In this document: positions 25,801 through 40,800 of the stretch, one piece after another
Layout: each line of letters begins with the position of its first letter
Numbering within the stretch: the stretch's first letter is position 1
Source: Phoronis australis
Lineage: Eukaryota > Animalia > Phoronida
Direction of reading: 5' to 3'
NCBI GenBank assembly: GCA_002633005.1
Contig: NMRA01000046.1
Location: forward strand, 242,510-306,509
DNA: 64,000 nt
Notes under the pieces: model-generated
The model's input: the letters and a program-made list of their open reading frames with translations, nothing else
The model's database searches: none
What the model was told of the DNA's origin: nothing
Program-made: the position numbers and the translations under genes

Positions 25801-28800
25801 CAGCAACGTCGTACTGTCTGGCGCACAAAATAACTTGTGTTTTAGCAAGCACTTTCTCAGTGTTCATTTCCCTTTACTGGCTTACATTAGGTCTACAGCT
25901 TACGGATTACGCCATGCTCTGACTATATAACGCTTGAAATATATATTCAGGAAAACATGTCAACATCAGCCTGGCATACCATTAACATGTCCCTCTGCAA
26001 TAGAACTCTCCACTTGCTAGGCCTCAACCGTAGCGGAACTCGTTGACTCGAGGTCGAGGCTCCCCCGGATTCTGGGCCTGGAACTGGAGGCTTGTTGACT
26101 GGTCAGGGTCATAACTGAGTTCCACGAAACCGCGCGCCAATGGACTCAAAGTCGTATAAATAGACATTTATCTGTCTCATAATACCATTCACCACCCCTG
26201 AAAATCCTGAAATGAATGCTTGTTCAGAAGTATGGACGAAATTGGCTAAATTGTGGAAGCAGGTACTCTGGTTCAGTTTAATATTAATTGATTAAAATCA
26301 ATTTGAGCCGTCATTTCATAATACCCAGAATTTTGTTATTTAATATATAAAAAGAAACATCCAATATATCTTTGGAAACATCGAACATATAGGTAGTTTA
26401 TCGCACAAAAAGATACTTTATTATGGAATACAAAAATGTTAACATCAAATATAAAAGAATAAAATCTAAATAAATATAAATATACGATGTCAAATACACA
26501 TAACATCGTCAAACATAACTTTTAAACATTGACCTTTGCAACACATAACAGTCTTTCGTTAGTTTGCAACGCTCTCAGTTCGAGTCAACTTTTGACTTTA
26601 TTCCGACGTGTTCTACATTCTGTAATTGGTAGAATATGCCAGGTGGTTTAAATCAGTCACTAAATTCAAAATCTTACAACCCAGTCACGGTCAAATCAAT
26701 GAACCTCAGCAACCGTGTCAACCATTAATCGAAGCATGCCGCCGTTCAGGTTCTCCGAACTCATGCCCGCACCCGGGGGGGGGTTCGGGGGGAATCTTGT
26801 CGTAGTGCTCGAATGAGCTCCCCATTTGGCGAAGTGAGCAAAAAGGTCCGCCTCAGAGAAGCAAAGCTTCCGACGAAAGTAGAAAACGAGACAAAAGACC
26901 ACTAAAAAGGCAACAATTACCAAAATTTGGTGAATGCACAATTCATAGCTCTGAAACGTACCCCGTGAATCTTAGTAAAAGGTCCACATTTTCAAAAATT
27001 TGAGATTGGCCTATTGCAAAATGCTGGGCAAATATCAGGGCATTGAGATAGGCCTACTGCTAAATGCTGAGCACATTTCGTTTGACACCATCAAAGTAAA
27101 ACTACTACTCTCGGCTCTGCCCCCCCCCCCCCNCAACAACAACCACCACCACCACCAGATCACCACCACCACAACAACAACCACCACCACCAGATCACCA
27201 CCACAATCATCATCCGTTTCTTCAACAGCATAATCATCCACTAAATTGTTCTAATGAAGAATATTAAGATCGTCAAAGACTGTTTATCGTGATTGTAAAA
27301 TTTGTCTTCTACATTGATGGTTTCCCGCAGTTCCGCGTGTATGCTACACCCGACAAAATTGATCAGGTTGACTACGCATTGAGTGTTGGGAAGTATGTGC
27401 ACGACCTATACGAAACGTATTTCGACATGGAATACCCTCTTCCCAAGCAAGGTTGGTACAGAGCGCAAACAGTTGCAGAATTTCGATTCTCTGTAGAGGC
27501 GGCCAATGCCACTTAGTCCTGAGGCCCGTGGTCTAATCTCCGAAGTCCAAATTACATCGTTTGTTTTACTTCAGGACGAAATCAATTGTCAACGAGTCTA
27601 TCATTGTGCGCTGAAGCATATCATGATTTACTGAATGTTTTTAAACCTTTACAGTTACGTGGGGCCCTACAAAAATGGTTGACTTCGGAACCTCATATCT
27701 CGGAAACTGCTGATTCGATGCATATAAAGTGTTCAGACGCTAAACGTTGTGTATTGTTCTACTACATGTTATGAGGAATTGTCTTGAAAATGTTCCCATT
27801 TCGCCTCAGAGGTTTACAAACACAAGGCTTTTATGGTTCCTACGGAAAACTCAATAGTAGCGTAAAACGAAAACGAAACGATAATTTAGAAAACTGCAAC
27901 AAAGTATTGAGGTATGATCTTGAACATCTAAGTGAAACTTGGTTATGTTTTATACCGTTGTTCCTCTACGAACGTACCTTTCTTTTGAGCTAAATTTTGC
28001 GTTAAAGACATGGCCATGTGACCCATTTGATTGCAGATTAGTATCAAGTCAATAATAGAATGCTACTGGCTTTTAGATTTCAGACAAGATATGTTTTTAC
28101 TGAGCTAAATACACGTACAGACTTGTTAATGAAGTCCTCGCACTCTGATGGCCCCGGAAATCTCGAGCTTGAACTCGCGATTGAGGGTTGCAGCTTGAAT
28201 CCTTAGAAAGACACAGGCGTCTTCGAAAACAGCGGAATACACAGCAATTCGTCCTTATTTTGAGTTCGTACACACTCAAGCGAACTAGAAAATTTCAAAA
28301 ATATTTTGGAGTTCATGACCAAGTTCGGAGATTAGGGACCGCGCCATGGTCGGAATTAAGCGAGAAACGCAATTTTCGCTTCCCTCGTGCCCGGTTGCAT
28401 GAAACAAATAGGGATTCAACTAAGTTCCCAAATCTACTGGGTATTTGCGGGCTTGTGAAAATATTGATTGTCCTTTCTTATGCTGTTTGATTATCCTTAT
28501 TATGACAATTTTTTACTTTGATACAAATCGAGAGTGAATTCTAGATTGAACTCTCGATATTATTGACGATAAATAGGGTTCTTTTCATGCAACGCCCCCA
28601 ATTAAGGGCTTAGTTTTTAGTTATATTATTAGAAAATGCCATTAATCAAAGAAGAGTACATAATAAAGATAAAATTTCAGAAAAAATATAACATCTGTGC
28701 CTAAAGAACGAAAAAATACGAAAAATATTTATGGAACTTAGTTGAGTCCCTATTTGGGACTGTTTCATGCAATCGGCCACTGGAATGCCTTCTTCCTAAG

Positions 28801-31800
28801 ACCTCTTTAGAGTAATGTGTTGATTAGATTAGTTTTAATATTATGAACAATATCAGCATTATCGGCCAATAAAATAAATTTGTGAGATTAGATCTGGCAC
28901 GAATTTGGAACCTTTGTGGTCGCAGCCATACTCTCCGCTAGCTTCGCTGAATACCACTCGAGAACTGACAGAGCACTTGGTATAGATTCACTGACCTTGA
29001 CTTCAACGAATGTCTGGTAGACATCGACAAGAATATGCGACTTGCAGTAAAATCACGAAAACCACATATCTGATTGTTTTAAAACTCTAGTCATAATAAC
29101 CTCAATATCTCTGTCCCGTTCATCAATAATTTCAAAAATGTATTTTCGGCCGTAAAAACGATAACGTCCCTTAAATCGAAAGGGAAAGCAGTTTCATCTT
29201 GGAGTTAGACAATGACTCTGAGCTTAAATTTTACGCCCAACTTTTGTGCCTGTGTTCGGTCTTGTTTTCTTACAGACATGGTTGCCATTCCCGACTTCGT
29301 TTCGGGTGCAATGGAACACTGGGGTTTGATAACATACCGCGAGACTAACTTGTTGTACAACGAGACTGAAGCCTCGGCAAGCAACAAACAAAGGGTGGCT
29401 GTTGTGATTGCTCATGAACTTGCTCATCAGGTAGGGTTGCGTATGCATTGGAAAGCCTGACTATTTCGGGGAGTTATTCAACTTCATTAGTTTGTGTTGA
29501 CTTTTTAAATATCTGTAATAATCCTAAGCGGCTATAAGCCCATATTCACTCAAAAATAACATTTCATTTCGGCCTACTTAAAGCAACAAACAAAGGGTGG
29601 CTGTTGTGATTGCTCATGAACTTGCTCATCACGAAGGGTTGCGTATGCATTGGAAAGCCTGACTATTTTGGGAAGTTAGTCAACTTCATTTGTTTGTGTT
29701 GACTTTTTAAATATCTGTAATAATCCTAAGCGGCTATAAACCCACATTCACTCAAAAATAACATTTCATTTCGGCCTACTTGCTGCTATGTACCTGTAAT
29801 TATTAATAACCCTTATTAGAAACAATACCCAGGCTTCGAAAAAACTGCAGTTCATTATTTCATCTTAGCAAGCTCACAAAACAAATTTCACGTCACGCCG
29901 TGATTTTCGTCTTCCTGAGCCTAGAGATCTCACCTTAGCTGAGTACGAAACAAGATAGCCTTGTACTTTTGACAGTTTGTAAGTGAAGTAATCGATGCAT
30001 CATTTTATGGATTGCCACATCAAACGTTTGCCTGGTGCGCCTACGTGTTTACTCAGGAGAAACACAGATTATCTAGGTTAGATGATGACCAATTTCGCAT
30101 CATTTACTTGATGGGATAAATTGCAATGCCCTGGTGTAGGCTTACAGTTTCCAAGGGCTTTGGAATCATTTAGCCAATTTTGTGTGACGGTCATCAGCTG
30201 ATTATAAAAAGGCACATATTTGGGAATGTCCACAAACAGATTGTTTTTGATGTGATCTGAATGTTGCTTAAATGTCTATGTGATGACATTTCTATTAACC
30301 TGATGCAAATGAAAAAAATATTCAAAGCATCAGCTTTACAATGTTCTTGCATTCACAATCCACAGTGGAGCAGAAATCGCGTGATTGAAAGATATTCCAA
30401 AATTCCCATTGAAAGTTGTGTATGTTTTAAATGATTCTGCATCGGTCTATTATTATGTCACTGTATAAGGGGCCGGTCCATTATTATGTCCCTGTATAAG
30501 GGACCGGTGTCCGGTTTCCCAAATGGCGCTGGGTATCAACTAAAGTTCCCGAAATCTACTTGTGAAAAACACTGATTACTTTTTATGCTGTTTTAATTTC
30601 GTTATGAAGTCAATTGGCAATGGGGAATAAACTTTACGTTGACTTCTCATTATGCTGAAAATAAGCACGGATCTTTTCGTGCAACCCCCCTAACTTAAGG
30701 TCTAAGTCCTTATTTATTTTCATGGAACTAAAGGTTCATTTTTATTTATATTATTAGAAAACGTCATAAGTCATAGAGGAGTTGACAGTGAGGAAAAATG
30801 AAAACCATTACATGTGTGAGTAAGGAACGAGACAAATACGCATACGATTCAGGGAATTTACACGTACATGTGGTTGGGTCCCTATTTTGGTCTGTTATGT
30901 GCAATCAGGCACAGAGGTCTACACACAACAACTTCAAAGCTGAGCATTGTTTAAAGTGACTTGTTTCACGAAACGTATTAGTTGTGCCAGTTTTAGCAAG
31001 CTGTTGTAGCAGCAGCTATTCAGAATGTACTGAACACTCCTGAATAACATAACATGAAATTACTTTTTGTCTAGTGGTTCGGCAACATCGTCACAATGGA
31101 CTGGTGGGATGATCTATGGCTAAACGAAGGGTTTGCCAGCTTTATGGAATACAAAGGAATAGATAACTTCCACAAGGAATGGAATATGGTGGGTAGATAC
31201 GTACACATGTCATGATATTTACAGTTAAGTTAGACGTGGTGGCACATGTGCTTTTTAGAGAGCGCGTATCGCTTCAAGTATTCGTTCAGACTGAAATACA
31301 CAAGTGCATGAACGTTTCCATTCGGCATATCGCTTTCCTAAAGTATATTGTCCGTGTGCAATAGTTCAATTCTCAAATCTTAGGAGGTTTCTTGGTTTAA
31401 AGTTAATGAAACCAATGAGCCTCATATAGATTAGGTCGTTAATGCCTTAACCTGGAACTTTGCCGCGCTTCGTGCAGTCACAGGCATTGAGTTGACAAGT
31501 TTGAAAATGCAACGAAGCTCGGACACAAACAGATCTATGGAACGCTATGAGAATCCGGTTGGACACGTCCAACAATCCTTTTTAATTAGTAGTTGGCAGT
31601 ACTCGAACCTAAAGCGTTAGGTTTTCACCCTTTTTACGTTTAAGTGTATGTAAGAAAATGTCCAATGACAAATTTGGCAAAACTTGATTCGAAGCATCAT
31701 ATCTTTGATCGGATTCACTTGAAACTTCTAAGTGGTCATGCTTTAGGCACTGTTCTCCGAAACACTTTCAGGAATTGTTTTAAAATGTTTTCACGGTCAA

Positions 31801-34800
31801 CATTAGAGAAAGAAAAAAACGGGACTGGATTAAAAAACTGGACTTTCGGCGGATCAAAAGCGGGTCATCTGGGTATAAGCCAAAACGCAGGGTGAAATAT
31901 TCGCGGCAACACACAAAAACGTCTCGACAGCGTTTTTGACGAAAGGGAGACGTAACACCTAAAACTGCCCAATTGTGTTTGTTTGTTTTTTTTTTTTCTA
32001 CTCGAATGGGAAATTGCGGGTGCCGTAAAAACCCTTGAAAGGTCGTACTTTTTATTTTTAGTCGTACAGAAAAATATGGCTACATCGTGTGGGAAATTAC
32101 AATAGTAATATGTCCGAGTGTCAAAAAGCGGGACATTTTGATGGTGTGGCGGGATGGTGGGAAAACTTCACGGTGGGACAGCCTGCCAAGAGCGGGGCAA
32201 TTTGCCAGTACATTGTACGCTGTCAGCAAGACAAAGTACTGAATTAAATTCTCTGACAAGGTAAACTTTTCAATTTTTTTCAAGGGTATGGGTAAATACT
32301 ACACATAGTAATCCTCAGGAATTGAATTAACAAAAAACTTTATCTGGACAACAGGTAAACATTGCACAAATGAAGCAATTGAAAATCAGCAATAATATAC
32401 ACATGTACACGCACAAATACGCATGTACTTTTAGCTACGCAAGTACGAGTAATTTTTCGAAAGTTGTAAAAACACCTAATGGTAGGGAATAAACTTTTCA
32501 TTCATGAATGCAGAACACTCAGAAACCCAATGTCACTTCTTCCCGTAAATACTGCAACATGATTTTAACACCCAAATGTATCTTGCTGAAAAAGTCGAGT
32601 CGTGTAGTTTGAAAGGCTGTCAAAATTGGTTTTAAAACCTGGAGCTGAAAAGATATCAGAGCCTAGACTTCCACCCAGAGCCACAGGTCGGTGCACATAA
32701 AGAATGACTATTGTAATTTTCGGGTTTGTTGACTAATTTTGCCGAGAAATTGCTGCTTGTCTAGAAGTACCGTACCTCACGAGTCACGTTAGATGAATAA
32801 AAATGATAAAATGAAAATGAGGCGATGCATTGAGGCTTGATTTGATAACTACAACACTCGATCAAAGCTCAGTCGAGCACTGACTGCTGGAAATTCATCA
32901 TGTAAACTCTCGCGGCTAGTCTCGGGGTTGCAAACTCTAACAATGGAATACAGTAGCACGTGCGGGATTGTTTCTTCTACGCTGATTTTGTAAATGATAG
33001 ACGTGATAAGGTCAGTCTACAGATCCCAAACATATTTCAATAAATTCCGCACAGGCTAACTTGAAGGATACTACCCGTACACAGTAGTTTCACAGAATTA
33101 AAAAGTTCTTATATAATTTCCATGATTAGGTGGACCAGTTTGTGACTGAAGACCTGCAGCCGGTGTTTGGATATGACAGTGTAGTAAGCTCACATCCCAT
33201 AGTTGTGTCAGTTACAAACCCCTCGGAAATCACAGAGGTGTTTGACGCCATCTCTTACAGTAAGGTAAGTGTTCCTGACCTCGACCGACGCTTAACGAGT
33301 TGGAGGTTAAAGCCAAAAATCTATAGGCAAACCTTCTGAGACCAACGTAGCAACTCGTTCTATGCATGAGCAACCATGTAGATTCGCGTTACACCATGAA
33401 CAGAAAACTTTGATTAGTCGAAGTGTGTCCGTGGCGGCTACAGTAAAATCCGCGATTATCGTCAGCAGGCGGAGATCTAGGAGCTGAATTTACAGCTTAC
33501 GAGAAGGCGAGAATAGACTAATAGTTCATGAAAAAGGGGGCTCGGATTGTGAGAAACTGCTTTTTCGACTGCCTTGACGTGAGGTGTCAGCTTGGCTATC
33601 GTTCACGTGAGGCCAAACAGCTCAGCTCGTAGCCCTTCGTCCAGGCCCGTAGCCAGCATTGCGGGGGGGGGGGTGGTTCGAATTTCTAGAAAGGTGGACC
33701 TTTTGCAAAAGTAGACACTCGAGCTTTTGGTAAGGCGCTTGACGCAGTTTAATTATGGGGAAGGGAAATTTGTATCCACGGCAACGATGACTCTCAGCTC
33801 TATGTTCCTGAGACGATACGGAATTTGTAATACCAGAAATGAGGATGTCGCGATGGTTGCTCGCAAACAACAAGAATCAAATTCGGACGTATTGTGATCC
33901 ATAAGTATAGTCTAACGTTTTAGCGTTACCTCCAGCTAAACTTCTAAATCGAGCTTTTTTAAATGAGTGGTTACACCTCATTACATACAGAAATATTTAA
34001 TCGGAAAACGACAGAAGTAATTTTTCATCTGATTGTATTTTTGTTAAAAGTTCCTTACATCGCTGGAAATGGGAACAGGCCACTATTCCGAAGGTTTACT
34101 ATTACGAAGGTTCACTATTCCGAAGGTTCATTATTCCGAAGGCTCACTACTTCGAAGGTTCACTACTCCGAAAATGTGCATAATTTCTGATTCACGTGTA
34201 ACTGTTGTACTTTCACGTGCAAAACTAAGCGACACCGACACTTTGGTTATTGCAGCCATACCGACAACAATACACCCGGCTAATACATCATTTTGTTTGG
34301 ATTTCCTGTACATGTGAAATTGTCCGCATGTCTGAGTGAGCACGTACTTGCATTTCTAAAAAAATATGAAGTAGGATTGTTGATGAATGATTAGCCACGA
34401 TACGTTCATCAATCCCATGATAAGATCGCATCATCTCACAGCGCGACAGAAAAGTTTAGGGACGCTGCACTTCAATCTCACCCACCGGAACTAATCGCAC
34501 CGCCGGGTCGAAACTAAATGTAGTTAGTAAAATACCCCGTCCCTGACAGTCTTCACGAAGTCTCATTCAGTCTTCTTAAATTTAAAACCGCCGTTGGTCG
34601 CCGCCTCTCGGACCTGTGCCCCAGATATTGTCCCTTACTGAGAACGAGTCTTTAGATAAATTTAAGAATCAAGATCAATCTTTTCCGTACTATTCAACTC
34701 TTGCACACCCTTTAAATGGTTACTAAATGGACACAAATACAATAGCTTATTCGTATTCAGTTCTGAATCATTAGTAGAAAATCAGAGCAATGAACTGTCG

Positions 34801-37800
34801 GAGTTCTGGTTTCGGAATTGTGGACATTCGAAGCGGTGAACTTTCGAAGGTTGCGAACCTTCGGAGTAGGCCTACAGTGGACCTTTAGAGTAGCGAACCC
34901 TCGGAATAGGCCTACAGTGGACCTTTAGAGTAGCGAACCTTCGGAGTAGGCCTACAGTGGACCTTTAGAGTAGCGAACCTCCGGTCATGTACATGGAACC
35001 TTGGAAATCTTTTCCATCAAAATTGTTGCTCGTACGAAATCTGCGGGGCTATGCACCATTGACATTGATTGACAATAGAAGACTTCCTTCATTGACCAAA
35101 GTTTTAATTAGGTCTATACTTACATAATAACATGAACATGCGGGGATTTCTCAGTGCAAGAAAACGCGGTGGCTAAATGTCTGATTTTTGAGAAACGACA
35201 GAGTAGTCAGTGAACTTACCCTCGCGTGTACTCGTGAATTTAAAAGAACGGAAACGCTAACACGTGTACCCGCATGCTTGTCAATCCACCAATCCAAAAT
35301 CAAAGTGGACACTTGATGAGATATTAGGCAGTCACTTTCAATTCGAAATTTGAAAATGCCAGCACCTTATCCATACTATGCTAGAAAATACAGCAAAGTA
35401 GCAAATAACAAGCCCATTTTCTGCTGTTTTGTTTCTTGGTCGAATTTAAGGCATTCACACCGCACTACATGTGGGGATCTCTCTCGATGCTATATAGTTT
35501 GGACTAGGTATAGACATTTACTTCTAGACTTCCTTGTTACCCTATGGTGTAGAGACCAAGCGCTTTCGGCCGATGGATAACATAAAGCCTCCTCTAATCG
35601 TCATCTACGCAGTCACCACTGGGGCCGAATACGACCCGATGATTATTTGAAGCGCTTTACATCAGAAGCAAATCCAAAATTAATATTAATTTAGTTATGA
35701 TTGTGGTTAGTAGAACTAGTAGCTACAACAATTTTGTTGTCCATATACTAAATTCTATCTTAACCTATCGTATAGGCTAGGGCTGGACCTTTTCCATGGA
35801 GCTTGGTTCGATCGAACCCCCCGAACCCTCCCCCCCTACNGTTCAGCAAATAGCTCGATATCACTTACGGGCGGGCATACAATTAGCAAAATGGCCATTG
35901 ATATGTAAACTAGTACTTCCACAGTAATTAGCATAAATGTAGTACTCATGGTTAAAGGAGAATGCCACCCAAAAAACAACCTATTTTGTATCAATTTAGA
36001 TCGAGTAGCTCCACTCAATAACAGCAAATACAGCTCTTTTATCTGACACCAGACGGCAGACGGAGATGTTGAAATTAATCAATGACGTCAGAGGTTCGAA
36101 TGCAGTCTGTTCAGCAGTTCACAACACGCTTACTGGTGTCAGCTCATCGCTTGAATTCATCGTTTTACACCAATAAATCATCAAAATTCGATGTAAAACC
36201 TTTACAAATAAAACTGTTCCGTCTTGTAATCAGAAATAGGGTTATTTTGTCATATTTCAATTAAAGTGTTTTGAGATGTCCCTCCACTTGATTTGTGATT
36301 GGTCGCAGGAGGTAAGACAACCTAAATTTCAATTGTGGCCTAATTCTTGTTTTGACGGACAAACATTCCTCAAAGAAATTGCCGGCGAATAATTCCTGTC
36401 GGTGCATGTTAGTTGTCGTTTTGTATTCAAGGCCAGGAGATTCTCTATCGAATTGCGGATGAAAGACAAGTTGCTGTGGATTCAAATTATCTTTACTGTT
36501 GTATTTGGCGACGGAAAGTACTCGTCATCTCCGATCAGTAACATTGTAACAGAACCTTTGGGATTTTTGATAGTATTTTGTGCAGTCGTAGTGTTTGCTA
36601 AGAAACCTTTTCAGCATAGGGATAATTATTTAAAATTACCCGGTAACGATGGCCATGTTAGCGGGATTGCTTCTTATATGAAATGAATGGAAGTGACTTC
36701 CAAGGCCTTGGTTGATAGACACATGCGTAATTTGTAAATATCATCTTTTTCAGTGAGGTGTGGAATATGTTGCAAGTAGTTTATCCCGTTCAATCCGCCA
36801 TCTTTTTTGATCACATCATATACATTACGTCACGTGATGTGATCAAAAAGATGGCGGATTGAACGGGATAAACTACTGACTTGCAACATGCGTAATATGT
36901 CTAAGTCGAAGTAATATTTGTGTGTTTAGATTTTTGAGTTAACATTTTATTAACGACTATTGTGGTATTATGCTGTAAGTCCGTTCACCGCATAGCACGA
37001 AACATCACACAGATTTTTTTTGTAAAATGTTAAAGCGTAATCCGTAATCATGGGAACAATGAATCGCTTTAATTGCTTTTAATTCATGACACCAGTAGTG
37101 GGACGATATGTTTGTTTGATAGGCTTTATTTTTACAGGGAGCAGCAGTGATAAGGATGTTGGAGGCTTTTATGGGGAGAGACAACTTTAAAGAAGGCATA
37201 AGGGTTTGTAGATTTTGAAACATTTTTTAAAGGGCTACTAAACCCGGTTTTGCCCTTTTAACAGATATTAAAAACGACTTTTTCTGAAACAAAATAATGC
37301 TCTGTAACCCCCTAAACCTTCAAAAGCTTAGAGAAAAAATTGAAAACTTTTTTCATTGCCTGCTGATTGGGTAAGAGTGGCGTACACTTCAGGCGAGTTT
37401 CACGACAACTGTTGGGAAAGTCAACCCAGGCACCAAGAACCGTAATATCATATCTGTGGCACAGAGAATACAAGTTTTTGGTTGAATCCTGCTATCACTC
37501 AAGTGGAACACCATTAAAAGTTTTAAAGAAAATGCACTATTTGCAGTATAATTTCAGTGTTTCAGTTATTATTGCTAATGAACTACATGTATATGGTGAG
37601 TTATATCAAGGCGTAACATAAGTCATCACAAAACTGTATTTTCAGAGATATCTAAAGGCCTTCGAATATGACAATGCTAAAACTGAACACCTGTGGAGTG
37701 AGTTACAAAAGGTATGTCTGTTTACTTTCATTCACATCTTAGATCACACTATCATGTTCACATTTTGTTCATTTGGTTTTGAGTAGGCTATGTCAGTTGC

Positions 37801-40800
37801 AAGATTTGAAAGTTCATTTAAAAACCTGTAACTCCTTGATTCTTCAACTTATTTGATTGTTTTGTCTAGATATTATTTTTTCTTTGCTTAAAATTTGATA
37901 GGTTCAAGAGGATGGAATACCTAAAATTGGTGACATAATGGATACGTGGACGCGTCAGATGGGTTTCCCTGTGGTGACCATCCAGTATGAGGGAAACGTC
38001 ATTAAGGCGAAACAACAGCGCTACCTATCAGATCCAAAAGCAATCATCACTGACGATTCTCCATATGGGTAAGGCACTATAGCTAACGGCATTGACAAAT
38101 GTCTTTTAGAAATTGAATTTTTTAAATTGCTGTTGAAGAAGTTGACTTAATTTTAAAAGGACTGAAGTCACTGTCATTTTTTGAGGAAAATTGAAGAAAC
38201 TGAATGACATACTTGCGTTACATATATTGGCTTTTGGTCCCTAATTCATGTTGGCGCATTTTTATCATTTGTTATATGATAATCTTAACCCAGGTTTTCA
38301 TAATATTTGTGTTCTTGTTTTCTGTTGAATCTTAAAAATTCATAATTGCGTAGTAACAGATTGACACGCGTGAGTAAAGTAGTAAGATTCTAAAGGTTTG
38401 TTCAAAAGTATTATGAACCACTTGCGGTGATGATTGAATTTGTGTTTAGGTATAAATGGTATGTTCCACTTCACTACACGACTTCAGAATCAAACGTGTC
38501 CCATACGGAATGGATGAAAAAAGAAGACAGTAAGTTCGTTCACAAAAAATACAAATCGCATTGGCTTGACATGTAGAAATCAGAGAATTGCAGTGAAGTC
38601 GCCCTCTTTGTGCAGCAGACGAACTTTCAATTGCCAGCTGGCGTATATGAGACCTTTCCCATAATTTGTAATTCTAGGCTGCGTAAAAGGTACGGTAAAA
38701 ACAGAATCTTCCACAGAGACTGTTAAACTCCGCATTGGTTAATACCACACCACTCCTCTTAGTTCCAGTCAACAGTTTTGACCCAGTATAGCGCCTTCTC
38801 AATGCCCATATGTGTTTGGTCTTTCACCTATAGTTGTCTCGCCCCTTGATACATTTCTCTTCTACTAATCCGTCGGATAGCACTTCTCGTCTCTGACACT
38901 CTGCCATGTGATTGGTTTGCTATTCTTTAAGAAAAAAATAGTTGCATTTTTGTGTAGTCGAAAGAGATTGCAGAAGTAGAAGCTGGCGCTAAATCAACTG
39001 AACATGACAAAGGATTTCTTTAAAATCACCTGAAGCCGGGACAGTTGACTTCAAGCATTACTATTTTGCCGACAAGCTAAGTATCGGGAAAAGTCTGATA
39101 CTTGATGTATGTCGCAACACTACTGTCCAGTGTTTTCGATCGGTAGAGCACACTTGGCAGTCTTTCTCATGTTGGCAAGTATGCTTCCTCGTTCAGTCTG
39201 GTATGAGAGCTTATCACTGAAGTTTTGAGCTTTGGTCAAGAGGAGGACTCGCTACCAAGTCATGCACTGTCCAGTGTTTTCAGTACGTTCTTGCCGGAAG
39301 ACGTAAGTGCGCACTTGCAAAATTAGGTCCTTACCCGCCTCCCGTTCAGTAACGCTAGGACCTAGCTTAAAAGTAAGACTTTGCGAGATTACGCGAGATA
39401 TTGCCGTGGATTTTAAATAAGAGCACGTGACCTTGACTAGCTTTTGGCTAGGTCCTAGCGTAGGTCCTAGCGTCTACTGAACGCACGCCCGGTGTACCCC
39501 GTATACAGCGAGCTTGATATACATGTTTTTAGTATCGCTCGTTGAGATTGAGCTCGCGTATCACAGTCACACCTCCCCCGCAGTAAAAAGTGCTACCGAA
39601 TCGAGTCGAGTTTTCTTGTCTGAAAACACGTGACTGTCGCGCTGACAGGGCAACTGGCTGTGGTGAAAATGTGATTTACTTGACTTACCAGGGAGAGATA
39701 ACCAGTCCTGGTTATCTCTTCGTGCTAATACTTAGAATTGGGGCTACACGGCTCTGATCTATTGTGGCTCATATGATTCATTATAAACGAAGGCTGCGCC
39801 TCCCAATAACAAGGGCATGGATTAGTCCCCTCATTGCTGTCGTCCTGTACGCGCGTGCCGGACTGCCTACCATATGCCGCAGATTTTTCTGAAAAAAGGT
39901 CTCTCTCTACTAAAACTTGCTTGTTCAATAACGACGTGAATTTTGCTGATAGATTGCTTATTCACAATAAACTTGAGACCATCCGCGAAACAGATTCGAA
40001 CAACAATATTAGGGTTGGTAGTCCAACGTTTTGGGTGGTAGACCTGAAAGGCAACATAGCACTCTGACCAGCTTAAACACAGTATTGTGTACCTACACAA
40101 AAGGCTTGCTTGCCAAGTTTAATCGAGCGCGATTCTACATTAGATCGCGACAGTGGAAAATCTTGATTTTTACACTTCAGCAGAATGATACGTAGTGATT
40201 AGTCAGGTATTTAGGGTGAACTTAAAATTCAAAATACTTTCTCCTTTAACGACTGGTTTAGCTCCACCAGCAGACCTTTAGAATGCGATCACTGAGTTTA
40301 TGTGTTCGATTCCGCATATACCGCTGATGACAGGTCACTTTTCTTGCCGATATGTCACGTTGATTTATTGTTCATGCCGCTAAAAAGTCGCCATTTTTCT
40401 AAACTCGTTTCAGTTCAATTCGTAAGTCCAATCTCATTGACCGAAAACCGATGGATTAAGTTTAACGTCAACGCTACTGGTTTTTATCGTGTAAACTATC
40501 CACCAGAACAGTGGAACGTCTTCGCCGAAGTTTTGTTTAATCGAACTGACGTAAGTGGTTTCCATCGTTTTTTGTTTCTTGGTTCAATTTCAAGTCTGTG
40601 TGCTACTTATATTTTGATCATGCTATACACATACTGTTCCATGACACATGAAAGTTGATGTTTAATGATAAAATACATACGCATTGATGCCCAATTTAAC
40701 GATACAATGCACACGCTTTTGAGGCCCAATTTAATGATATATTGCACACGCTTTGAGGCTCAATTTAATGATACAATGCACACGCTTTGAGGCCCAATTT

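Noticed and set aside
29303-29325. GAMEH instead of the canonical GAMEN exopeptidase motif
   Set aside because: From recollection this variant occurs in other invertebrate glutamyl aminopeptidase-like proteins, so it is not treated as novel. Unverified without an alignment.
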